Part shown: positions 36,701 through 48,900 of the stretch, piece after piece | Position numbering within the stretch: the first letter of the stretch is position 1 | Layout of the letters: each line of letters opens with the position of its first letter | Assembly (NCBI RefSeq): GCF_036365525.1 | Contig: NC_090399.1 | Span: forward strand, 66,892,862 to 66,956,861 | Direction: 5' to 3' | Source: Heterodontus francisci | Lineage: Eukaryota | DNA: 64,000 bases | Made by a program: the position numbers and the translations under genes | Notes under the pieces: generated by a model | Seen by the model: the letters and a program-made list of their open reading frames with translations, nothing else | What the model was told of the DNA's origin: nothing | The model's database searches: none

Positions 36701-39400
36701 GCGCTCTATGTTGTGTTGGGGTTTATTTACAGGGATTCTGTTGTGTTGGGGTTTATTTACAGGGGCTCTGTGTTGTGTTGTTTTGGGGTATATTTACAGG
36801 GGCTCTGTGTTGTGTTGTGTTGGGGTATATTTACAGGTGATCTGTGTTGTGTTGTTTTGGGGTTTATTTACAGGGGCTCTGTGTTGCGTTGGGGTTTATT
36901 TCCAGGGACACTGTGTTGTGTTGGGGTTTATTTACAGGGGCTCTGTGTTGTGTTGTGTTGGGGTTTATTTAGAGGGGCTCTGTTTTGTGTTGTGTTGGTC
37001 ATTATTTACAGGGGCTCTGTGTTGTTTTGGGGTTTATTTACAGGGATTCTGTTGTGCTGGGGTTTATTTACAGGGGCTCTGTGTTTTGTTGTTTTGGGGT
37101 ACATTTACAGGGGCTCTGTGTTGTGTTGTGTTGGGGTTTATTTACTGGGGCTCTGTGTTGTGTTGTTTTGGGGTTTATTTACAGGGGCTCTGTGTTGTGT
37201 TGGGGTTTATTTACAGGGGCTCTGTGTTGTGTTGGGGTTTATTTACAGGGGCACTGTGTTGTGTTGTTTTGGGGTTTATTTAGAGGGGCTCTGTTTTGTG
37301 TTGTGTTGGTCATTATTTACAGTGGCTCTGTGTTGTGTTGGGGTTTATTTACAGGGGCTCTGTGTTGTGTTGGGGTTTATTTACAGGGGCTCTGTGTTGT
37401 GTTGTTTTGGGGTTTATTTACAGGGTCTTTGTTTTGTGTTGTGTTGGGGTTTATTTACAGGGGCTCTGTGTTGTTTTGGGGTTTATTTACAAAGGCTCTG
37501 TGTTGTGTTGGGTTTATTTACAGGGGCTGTGTGTTGTGTCGGTGTTTATTTACAGGGGCTCTGTGTTGTGTTGTGTTGTGGTTTATTTACAGGGGCTCTG
37601 TGTTGTGTTGGTCATTATTTACAGGGGCTCTGTGTTGTGTTGGGGTTTATTTATAGGGGCTCTGTGTTGTGTTGTTTTGGGGTTTATTTACAGGGGCTCT
37701 GTGTTGTGTTGTGTTGGGGTTTATTTACAGGGGCTCTGTGTTGTGTTGCGGTTTATTTACAGGGGCTCTGTGTTGTGTTGTTTTGGGGTTTATTTACAGG
37801 GGCTCTGTGTTGTGTTGGGGTTTATTTACAGGGACTCTGTTGTGTTGGGGTTTATTTACAGGGGCTCTGTTGTGTTGTTTTGGGGTTTATTTACAGGGGC
37901 TCTGTTTTGTGTTGTGTTGGGGTTTATTTACAGGGGCTCTGTGTTGTGTTGTTCTGGGGTTTATTTACAGGGGCTCTGTGTTGCGTTGGGGTTTATTTAC
38001 AGGGACTCTGTTGGGGTTTATTTACAGGGGCTCTGTGTTGTTTTCGGGTTTATTTACAGGGTCTCTGTTGTGTTGGGGTTTATTTCCAGGGGCTCTGTGT
38101 TGTGTTGTGTTGGGGTTTATTTACAGGGGCTCTGTGTTGTGTTGCGGTTTATTTACAGGGACTCTGTGTTGTGTTGGGGTTTATTTACAGGGACTCTGTT
38201 GTGTTGGGGTTTATTTACAGGGGCTCTATGTTGTGTTGGGGTTTATTTACAGGGATTCTGTTGTGTTGGGGTTTATTTACAGGGGCTCTGTGTTGTGTTG
38301 TTTTGGGGTATATTTACAGGGGCTCTGTGTTGTGTTGTGTTGGGGTTTATTTACAGGGGCTCTGTGTTGTGTTGTTTTGGGGTTTATTTACAGGGGCTCT
38401 GTGTTGCGTTGGGGTTTATTTCCAGGGACACTGTGTTGTGTTGGGGTTTATTTACAGGGGCTCTGTGTTGTGTTGTGTTGGGGTTTATTTAGAGGGGCTC
38501 TGTTTTGTGTTGTGTTGGTCATTATTTACAGGGGCTCTGTGTTGTTTTGGGGTTTATTTACAGGGGCTCGATGTTGTGTTGGGGTTTATTTACAGGGATT
38601 CTGTTGTGCTGGGGTTTATTTACAGGGGCTCTGTGTTGTGTTGTTTTGGGGTACATTTACAGGGGCTCTGTGTTGTGTTGTGTTGGGGTTTATTTACAGG
38701 GGCTCTGTGTTGTGTTGTTTTGGGGTTTATTTACAGGGGCTCTGTGTTGTGTTCGGGTTTATTTACAGGGGCTCTGTGTTGTGTTGGGGTTTATTTACAG
38801 GGGCTCTGTGTTGTGTTGTTTTGGGGTTTATTTACAGTGGCTCTGTGTTGTGTTGGGGTTTATTTACAGGGGCTCTGTGTTGTGTTGGGGTTTATTTACA
38901 GGGGCTCTGTGTTGTGTTGTTTTGGGGTTTATTTACAGGGGCTTTGCTTTGTGTTGTGTTGGGGTTTATTTACAGGGGCTCTGTGTTGTTTTGGGGTTTA
39001 TTTACAAAGGCTCTGTGTTGTGTTGGGTTTATTTACAGGGGCTGTGTGTTGTGTCGGTGTTTATTTACAGGGGCTCTGTGTTGTGTCGGTGTTTATTTAC
39101 AGGGGCTCTGTGTTGTGTTGGGGTTTATTTACAGGGGCTCTGTGTTGTCTTGGGGTTTATTTACAAAGGCTCTGTGTTGTGTTGGGTTTATTTACAGGGG
39201 CTATGTGTTGTGTTGGGGTTATTTACAGGGGCTCTGTGTTGTTTTGGGGTTTATTTACAGGGGCTTTGTGTTGTGTTGGTGTTTATTTACAGGGACTCTG
39301 AGTTGTGTTGTGTTGGGGTTTATTTACAGGGGCTCTGAGTTGTGTTGGGGTTTATTTACAGGGACTCTGTTGCGTTGCGGTTTATTTACAGGGGCTCTGT
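24715..39400. repeat. Mosaic of dispersed kilobase-scale duplications at offsets 2404, 6547, 5720 and 9587 bp
   Basis: ORF pairs 24752/27156 (2404); 26262/32809, 27156/33703, 27403/33950 (6547); 29980/35700, 30227/35947, 30857/36577, 31265/36985 (5720; rare markers CGCAAGGACA at 30311/36031 and GCGCTCTATG at 30981/36701); 28082/37669, 28918/38505, 29755/39342 (9587). Confidence 0.85.
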
Positions 39401-40499
39401 GTTGTGTTGGGGTAAATTTACAGGGGCTCTGTGTTGTGTTGTGTTGGAGTTTATTTACAGGGACTGTGTGTTGTGTTGGGGTTTATTTACAGGGACTGTG
39501 TTGTGTTGGGGTAAATTTACAGGGGCTCTGTGTTGTGTTGGGGTTTATTTACAGGGAATCTGTTGTGTTGGGGTTTATTTACAGGGGCTCTGTGTTGTGT
39601 TGGGGTAAATTTACAGGGGTTCTGTGTTGTGTTGGGGTTTATTTACAGGGGCTCTGTGTTGTGTTGTTTTGGGGTTTATTTACAGGGGCTCTGTTTTGTG
39701 TTGTGTTGGGGTTTATTTACAGGGGCTCTGTGTTGTATTGTTTTGAGGTTTATTTACAGGGGCTCTGTGTTGTGTTGTGTTGGAGTTTATTTACAGGGAC
39801 TGTGTGTTGTGTTGGGGTTTATTTACAGGGACTCTGTTGTGTTGGGGTTTATTTACAGGGGCTCTGTGTTGTGTTGGGGTAAATTTACAGGGGCTCTGTG
39901 TTGTGTTGGGGTTTATTTACAGGGAATCTGTTGTGTTGGGGTTTATTTACAGGGGCTCTGTGTTGTGTTGTGGTAAATTTACAGGGGTTCTGTGTTGTGT
40001 TGGGGGTTTATTTACAGGGGCTCTGTGTTGTGTTGTTTTGGGGTTTATTTACAGGGGCTCTGTTTTGTGTTGTGTTGGGGTTTATTTACAGGGGCTCTGT
40101 GTTGTGTTGTTTTGGGGTTTATGTACAGGGGCTCTGTGTTGTGTTGAGGTTTATTTACAGGGGCTCTGTGTTGTGTTGTTTTGGGGTTTATTTCCAGGGA
40201 CTCTGTGTTGTGTTGGGGTTTATTTACAGGGACTCTGCTGTTTTGGGGTATATTTACAGGGGCTCTGTGTTGTGTTGGAGTTTATTTACAGGGACTCTGT
40301 GTTCTGTTGGGGTTTATTTACAGGGACTCTGCTGTTTTGGGGTATATTTACAGGGGCTCTGTGTTGTGTTGGAGTTTATTTACAGGGACTCTGTGTTGTG
40401 TTGGGGTTTATTTACAGGGGATCTGTGTTGTTTTGGGGTTTATTTACAGGGGCTCTGTGATGTGTTGGGGTTTACTTACAGGGACTCTGATGTATTGGG

Positions 40500-43400
40500 G
40501 TTAATTTACAGGGGCTCTGTGTTGTGTTGTGGTTAATTATCAGGGGTTCTGTGTTGTGTTGGGGTTTATTTACAGGGGCTCTGTGTTGTGTTGTGTTGGA
40601 GTTTATTTACAGGGACTCTGTTGTGTTGGGGTTTATTTACAGGGGCTCTCTGTTGTGTTGGGGTTTATTTACAGGGGCTCTGTGTTGCGTTGGGGTTTAT
40701 TTACAGGGACTCTGTTGTGTTGGGGTTTATTTACAGGGGCTCCGTGTTGTTTTCGGGTTTATTTACAGGGACTCTGTTGTGTTGGGGTTTATTTCCAGGG
40801 TCTCTGTGTTGTGTTGTGTTGGGGTTTATTTACAGGGGCTCTGTGTTGTGTTGCGGTTTATTTACAGGGACTCTGTGTTGTGTTGGGGTTTATTTACAGG
40901 GACTCTGCTGTGTTGGGGTTTATTTACAGGGGCTCTATGTTGTGTTGGGGTTTATTTACAGGGATTCTGTTGTGTTGGGGTTTATTTACAGGGGCTCTGT
41001 GTTGTGTTGTTTTGGGGTATATTTACAGGGGCTCTGTGTTGTGTTGTGTTGGGGTTTATTTACAGGGGCTCTGTGTTGTGTTGTTTTGGGGTTTATTTAC
41101 AGGGGCTCTGTGTTGCGTTGGGGTTTATTTCCAGGGACACTGTGTTGTGTTGGGGTTTATTTACAGGGGCTCTGTGTTGTGTTGTTTTGGGGTTTATTTA
41201 GAGGGGCTCTGTTTTGTGTTGTGTTGGTCATTATTTACAGGGGCTCTGTGTTGTTTTGGGGTTTATTTACAGGGGCTCTATGTTGTGTTGGGGTTTATTT
41301 ACAGGGATTCTGTTGTGCTGGGGTTTATTTACAGGGGCTCTGTGTTGTGTTGTTTTGGGGTACATTTACAGGGGCTCTGTGTTGTGTTGTGTTGGGGTTT
41401 ATTTACAGGGGCTCTGTGTTGTGTTGTTTTGGGGTTTATTTACAGGGGCTTTGTTTTGTGTTGTGTTGGGGTTTATTTACAGGGGCTCTGTGTTGTTTTG
41501 GGGTTTATTTACAAAGGCTCTGTGTTGTGTTGGGTTTATTTACAGGGGCTGTGTGTTGTGTCGGTGTTTATTTACAGGGGCTCTGTGTTGTGTCGGTGTT
41601 TATTTACAGGGGCTCTGTGTTGTGTTGGGGTTTATTTACAGGGGCTCTGTGTTGTTTTGGGGTTTATTTACAGGGGCTTTGTGTTGTGTTGGAGTTTATT
41701 TACAGGGACTCTGTGTTGTGTTGTGTTTGGGTTTATTTACAGGGGCTCTGAGTTGTGTTGGGGTTTATTTACAGGGACTCTGTTGCGTTGCGGTTTATTT
41801 ACAGGGGCTCTGTGTTGTATTGTTTTGAGGTTTATTTACAGGGGCTCTGTGTTGTGTTGTGTTGGAGTTTATTTACAGGGACTGTGTGTTGTGTTGGTGT
41901 TTATTTACAGGGAATCTGTTGTGTTGGGGTTTATTTACAGGGGCTCTGTGTTGTGTTGGGGTAAATTTACAGGGGCTCTGTGTTGTGTTGGGGTTTATTT
42001 ACAGGGAATCTGTTGTGTTGGGGTTTATTTACAGGGTCTCTGTGTTGTGTTGGGGTAAATTTACAGGGGTTCTGTGTTGTGTTGGGGTTTATTTACAGGG
42101 GCTCTGAGTTGCGTTGCGGTTTATTTACAGGGGCTCTGTGTTGTCTTGTTTTGAGGTTTATTTACAGGGGCTCTGTGTTGTGTTGTGTTGGAGTTTATTT
42201 ACAGGGACTGTGTGTTGTGTTGGGGTTTATTTACAGGGACTCTGTTGTGTTGGGGTTTATTTACAGGGGCTCTGTGTTGTGTTGGGGTTTATTTACAGGG
42301 ACTCTGCTGTTTTGGGGTATATTTACAGGGGCTCTGTGTTGTGTTGGAGTTTATTTACAGGGACTCTGTGTTGTGTTGGGGTTTATTTACAGGGGATCTG
42401 TGTTGTGTTGGGGTTTATTTACTGCTGATCTGTGTTGTGTTGTTTTGGGGTTTATTTACAGGGGCTCTGTGATGTGTCGGGGTTTACTTACAGGGACTCT
42501 GATGTATTGGGGTTAATTTACAGGGGCTCTGTGTTGTGTTGTGGTTAATTATCAGGGGTTCTGTGTTGTGTTGGGGTTTATTTACAGGGGCTCTGTGTTG
42601 TGTTGTGTTGGAGTTTATTTACAGGGACTCTGTTGTGTTGGGGTTTATTTACAGGGGCTCTCTGTTGTGTTGGGGTTTATTTACAGGGGCTCTGTGTTGC
42701 GTTGGGGTTTATTTACAGGGACTCTGTTGTGTTGGGGTTTATTTACAGGGGCTCTGTGTTGTTTTCGGGTTTATTTACAGGGACTCTGTTGTGTTGGGGT
42801 TTATTTCCAGGGTCTCTGTGTTGTGTTGTGTTGGGGTTTATTTACAGGGGCTCTGCGTTGTGTTGTGGTTAATTATCAGGGGTTCTGTGTTGTGTTGGGG
42901 TTTATTTACAGGGGCTCTGTGTTGTGTTGTGTTGGAGTTTATTTACAGGGACTCTGTTGTGTTGGGGTTTATTTACAGGGGCTCTCTGTTGTGTTGGGGT
43001 TTATTTACAGGGGCTCTGTGTTGTGTTGGGGTTTATTTACAGGGGCTCTGTGTTGTGTTGGGGTTTATTTACAGGGACTCTGTTGTGTTGGGGTTTATTT
43101 CCAGGGTCTCTGTGTTGTGTTGTGTTGGGGTTTATTTACAGGGGCTCTGTGTTGTGTTGCGGTTTATTTACAGGGACTCTGTGTTGTGTTGGGGTTTATT
43201 TACAGGGACTCTGTTGTGTTGGGGTTTATTTACAGGGGCTCTATGTTGTGTTGGGGTTTATTTACAGGGATTCTGTTGTGTTGGGGTTTATTTACAGGGG
43301 CTCTGTGTTGTGTTGTTTTGGGGTATATTTACAGGGGCTCTGTGTTTTGTTGTGTTGGGGTTTATTTACAGGGGCTCTGTGTTGTGTTGTTTTGGGGTTT

Positions 43401-45950
43401 ATTTACAGGGGCTCTGTGTTGCGTTGGGGTTTATTTCCAGGGACACTGTGTTGTGTTGGGGTTTATTTACAGGGGCTCTGTGTTGTGTTGTTTTGGGGTT
43501 TATTTAGAGGGGCTCTGTTTTGTGTTGTGTTGGTCATTATTTACAGGGGCTCTGTGTTGTTTTGGGGTTTATTTACAGGGGCTCTATGTTGTGTTGGGGT
43601 TTATTTACAGGGATTCTGTTGTGCTGGGGTTTATTTACAGGGGCTCTGTGTTGTGTTGTTTTGGGGTACATTTACAGGGGCTCTGTGTTGTGTTGTGTTG
43701 GGGTTTATTTACAGGGGCTCTGTGTTGTGTTGTTTTGGGGTTTATTTACAGGGGCTTTGTTTTGTGTTGTGTTGGGGTTTATTTACAGGGGCTCTGTGTT
43801 GTTTTGGGGTTTATTTACAAAGGCTCTGTGTTGTGTTGGGTTTATTTACAGGGGCTGTGTGTTGTGTCGGTGTTTATTTACAGGGGCTCTGTGTTGTGTC
43901 GGTGTTTATTTACAGGGGCTCTGTGTTGTGTTGGGGTTTATTTACAGGGGCTCTGTGTTGTTTTGGGGTTTATTTACAGGGGCTTTGTGTTGTGTTGGAG
44001 TTTATTTACAGGGACTCTGTGTTGTGTTGTGTTTGGGTTTATTTACAGGGGCTCTGAGTTGTGTTGGGGTTTATTTACAGGGACTCTGTTGCGTTGCGGT
44101 TTATTTACAGGGGCTCTGTGTTGTATTGTTTTGAGGTTTATTTACAGGGGCTCTGTGTTGTGTTGTGTTGGAGTTTATTTACAGGGACTGTGTGTTGTGT
44201 TGGTGTTTATTTACAGGGACTCTGTTGTGTTGGGGTTTATTTACAGGGGCTCTGTGTTGTGTTGGGGTAAATTTACAGGGGCTCTGTGTTGTGTTGGGGT
44301 TTATTTACAGGGAATCTGTTGTGTTGGGGTTTATTTACAGGGTCTCTGTGTTGTGTTGGGGTAAATTTACAGGGGTTCTGTGTTGTGTTGGGGTTTATTT
44401 ACAGGGGCTCTGAGTTGTGTTGGGGTTTATTTACAGGGACTCTGTTGCGTTGCGGTTTATTTACAGGGGCTCTGTGTTGTCTTGTTTTGAGGTTTATTTA
44501 CAGGGGCTCTGTGTTGTGTTGTGTTGGAGTTTATTTACAGGGACTGTGTGTTGTGTTGGGGTTTATTTACAGGGGCTCTGTGTTGTTTTGGGGTTTATTT
44601 GCAAAGGCTCTGTGTTGTGTTGGGTTTATTTACAGGGGCTGTGTGTTGTGTCGGTGTTTATTTACAGGGGCTCTGTGTTGTGTCGGTGTTTATTTACAGG
44701 GGCTCTGTGTTGTGTTGGGGTTTATTTACAGGGGCTCTGTGTTGTTTTGGGGTTTATTTACAGGGGCTTTGTGTTGTGTTGGAGTTTATTTACAGGGACT
44801 CTGTGTTGTGTTGTGTTTGGGTTTATTTACAGGGGCTCTGAGTTGTGTTGGGGTTTATTTACAGGGACTCTGTTGCGTTGCGGTTTATTTACAGGGGCTC
44901 TGTGTTGTATTGTTTTGAGGTTTATTTACAGGGGCTCTGTGTTGTGTTGTGTTGGAGTTTATTTACAGGGACTGTGTGTTGTGTTGGTGTTTATTTACAG
45001 GGACTCTGTTGTGTTGGGGTTTATTTACAGGGGCTCTGTGTTGTGTTGGGGTAAATTTACAGGGGCTCTGTGTTGTGTTGGGGTTTATTTACAGGGAATC
45101 TGTTGTGTTGGGGTTTATTTACAGGGTCTCTGTGTTGTGTTGGGGTAAATTTACAGGGGTTCTGTGTTGTGTTGGGGTTTATTTACAGGGGCTCTGAGTT
45201 GTGTTGGGGTTTATTTACAGGGAGTCTGTTGCGTTGCGGTTTATTTACAGGGGCTCTGTGTTGTGTTGTGTTGGAGTTTATTTACAGGGACTGTGTGTTG
45301 TGTTGGGGTTTATTTACAGGGACTCTGTTGTGTTGGGGTTTATTTACAGGGGCTCTGTGTTGTGTTGGGGTTTATTTACAGGGACTCTGCTGTTTTGGGG
45401 TATATTTACAGGGGCTCTGTGTTGTGTTGGAGTTTATTTACAGGGACTCTGTGTTGTGTTGGGGTTTATTTACAGGGGATCTGTGTTGTGTTGGGGTTTA
45501 TTTACTGCTGATCTGTGTTGTGTTGTTTTGGGGTTTATTTACAGGGGCTCTGTGATGTGTCGGGGTTTACTTACAGGGACTCTGATGTATTGGGGTTAAT
45601 TTACAGGGGCTCTGTGTTGTGTTGTGGTTAATTATCAGGGGTTCTGTGTAGTGTTGGGGTTTATTTACAGGGGCTCCGTGTTGTGTTGTGTTGGAGTTTA
45701 TTTACAGGGACTCTGTTGTGTTGGGGTTTATTTACAGGGGCTCTCTGTTGTGTTGGGGTTTATTTACAGGGGCTCTGTGTTGCGTTGGGGTTTATTTACA
45801 GGGACTCTGTTGTGTTGGGGTTTATTTACAGGGGCTCTGTGTTGTTTTCGGGTTTATTTACAGGGACTCTGTTGTGTTGGGGTTTATTTCCAGGGTCTCT
45901 GTGTTGTGTTGTGTTGGGGTTTATTTACAGGGGCTCTGTGTTGTGTTGCA
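40500..45950. repeat. Cluster of higher-order duplications at offsets 2012, 2306, 784 and 3083 bp
   Basis: ORF pairs 40524/42536 (2012); 41214/43520, 41755/44061, 41859/44165, 41980/44286 (2306); 44061/44845, 44165/44949, 44286/45070 (784); 42541/45624, 42600/45683 and ends 42428/45511 (3083). Confidence 0.85.
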
Positions 45951-48900
45951 GTTTATTTACAGGGACTCTGTGTTGTGTTGGGGTTTATTTACAGGGGCTC
46001 TATGTTGTGTTGGGGTTTATTTACAGGGATTCTGTTGTGTTGGGGTTTATTTACAGGGGCTCTGTGTTGTGTTGTTTTGGGGTTTATTTACAGGGGCTCT
46101 GTGTTGCGTTGGGGTTTATTTCCAGGGACACTGTGTTGTGTTGGGGTTTATTTACAGGGGCTCTGTGTTGTGTTGTTTTGGGGTTTATTTAGAGGGGCTC
46201 TGTTTTGTGTTGTGTTGGTCATTATTTACAGGGGCTCTGTGTTGTTTTGGGGTTTATTTACAGGGGCTCTATGTTGTGTTGGGGTTTATTTACAGGGATT
46301 CTGTTGTGCTGGGGTTTATTTCCAGGGGCTCTGTGTTGTGTTGTTTTGGGGTACATTTCCAGGGGCTCTGTGTTGTGTTGTGTTGGGGTTTATTTACAGG
46401 GGCTCTGTGTTGTGTTGTTTTGGGGTTTATTTACAGGGGCTTTGTTTTGTGTTGTGTTGGGGTTTATTTACAGGGGCTCTGTGTTGTTTTGGGGTTTATT
46501 TACAAAGGCTCTGTGTTGTGTTGGGTTTATTTACAGGGGCTGTGTGTTGTGTCGGTGTTTATTTACAGGGGCTCTGTGCTGTGTCGGTGTTTATTTACAG
46601 GGGCTCTGTGTTGTGTTGGGGTTTATTTACAGGGGCTCTGTGTTGTGTTGGGGTTTATTTACAGGGGCTCTGTGTTGTTTTGGGGTTTATTTACAAAGGC
46701 TCTGTGTTGTGTTGGGTTTGTTTACAGGGGCAATGTGTTGTGTTGGGGTTATTTACAGGGGCTCTGTGTTGTTTTGGGGTTTATTTACAGGGGCTTTGTG
46801 TTGTTTTGGGGTTTATTTACAGGGGCTTTGTGTTGTGTTGGAGTTTATTTACAGGGACTCTGTGTTGTGTTGTGTTGGGGTTTATTTACAGGGGCTCTGA
46901 GTTGTGTTGGGGTTTATTTACAGGGACTCTGTTGCGTTGCGGTTTATTTACAAGGGCTCTGTGTTGTATTGTTTTGAGGTTTATTTACAGGGGCTCTGTG
47001 TTGTGTTGTGTTGGAGTTTATTTACAGGGACTGTGTGTTGTGTTGGTGTTTATTTACAGGGACTCTGTTGTGTTGGGGTTTATTTACAGGGGATCTGCGT
47101 TGTGTTGGGGTTTATTTAGTGCTGATCTGTGTTGTGTTGTTTTGGGGTTTATTTACAGGGGCTCTGTGATGTGTTGGGGTTTACTTACAGGGACTCTGAT
47201 GTATTGGGGTTAATTTACAGGGGCTCTGTGTTGTGTTGTGGTTAATTATCAGGGGTTCTGTGTTGTGTTGGGGTTTATTTACAGGGGCTCTGTGTTGTGT
47301 TGTGTTGGAGTTTATTTACAGGGACTCTGTTGTGTTGGGGTTTATTTACAGGGGCTCTGTGTTGCGTTGGGGTTTATTTACGGGGACTCTGTTGTGTTGG
47401 GGTTTATTTACAGGGGCTCTGTGTTGTTTTCGGGTTTATTTACAGGGACTCTGTTGTGTTGGGGTTTATTTCCAGGGGCTCTGTGTTGTGTTGTGTTGGG
47501 GTTTATTTACAGGGGCAATGTGTTGTGTTGCTGTTTATATACAGGGACTCTGTGTTGTGTTGGGGTTTATTTACAGGGACTCTGTTGTGTTGGGGTTTAT
47601 TTACAGGGGCTCTAGGTTGTGTTGGGGTTTATTTACAGGGATTCTGTTGTGTTGGGGTTTATTTACAGGGGCTCTGTGTTGTGTTGTTTTGGGGTATATT
47701 TACAGGGGCTCTGTGTTGTGTTGTGTTGGGGTTTATTTACAGGGGCTCTGTGTTGTGTTGTTTTGGGGTTTATTTACAGGGGCTCTGTGTTGCGTTGGGG
47801 TTTATTTCCAGAGATACTGTGTTGTGTTGGGGTTTATTTACAGGGGCTCTGTGTTGTGTTGTTTTGGGGTTTATTTAGAGGGGCTCTGTTTTGTGTTGTG
47901 TTGGTCATTATTTGCAGGGGCTCTGTGTTGTTTTGGGGTTTATTTACAGGGGCTCTATGTTGTGTTGGGGTTTATTTACAGGGATTATGTTGTGTTGGAG
48001 TTTATTTACAGGGGCTCTGTGTTGTGTTGTTTTGGGGTACATTTACAGGGGCTCTGTGTTGTGTTGTGTTGGGGTTTATTTACAGGGGCTCTGTGTTGTG
48101 TTGTTTTGGGGTTTATTTACAGGGGCTCTGTGTTGTGTTGGGGTTTATTTACAGGGGCTCTGTGTTGTGTTGGGGTTTATTTACAGGGGCTCTGTGTTGT
48201 GTTGTTTTGGGGTTTATTTAGAGGGGCTCTGTTTTGTGTTGTGTTGGTCATTATTTACAGTGGCTCTGTGTTGTGTTGGGGTTTATTTACAGGGGCTCTG
48301 TGTTGTGTTGGGGTTTATTTACAGGGGCTCTGTGTTGTGTTGTTTTGGGGTTTATTTACAGGGGCTTTGTTTTGTGTTGTGTTGGGGTTTATTTACATGG
48401 GCTCTGTGTTGTTTTGGGGTTTATTTACAAAGGCTCTGTGTTGTGTTGGGTTTATTTACATTGGCTGTGTGTTGTGTCGGTGTTTATTTACAGGGGCTCT
48501 GTGTTGTGTCGGTGTTTATTTACAGCGGCTCTGTGTTGTGTTGGCGTTTATTTACAGGGGCTCTGTGTTGTGTTGGGGTTTATTTACAGGGGCTCTGTGT
48601 TGTTTTGGGGTTTATTTACAAAGGCTCTGTGTTGTGTTGGGTTTATTTACAGGGGCTATGTGTTGTGTTGGGGTTATTTACAGGGGCTCTGTGTTGTTTT
48701 GGGGTTTATTTACAGGGGCTTTGTGTTGTGTTGGAGTTTATTTACAGGGACTCTGTGTTGTGTTGTGTTGGGGTTTATTTACAGGGGCTCTGAGTTGTGT
48801 TGGGGTTTATTTACAGGGACTCTGTTGCGTTGCGGTTTATTTACAGGGGCTCTGTGTTGTATTGTTTTGAGGTTTATTTACAGGGGCTCTGTGTTGTGTT

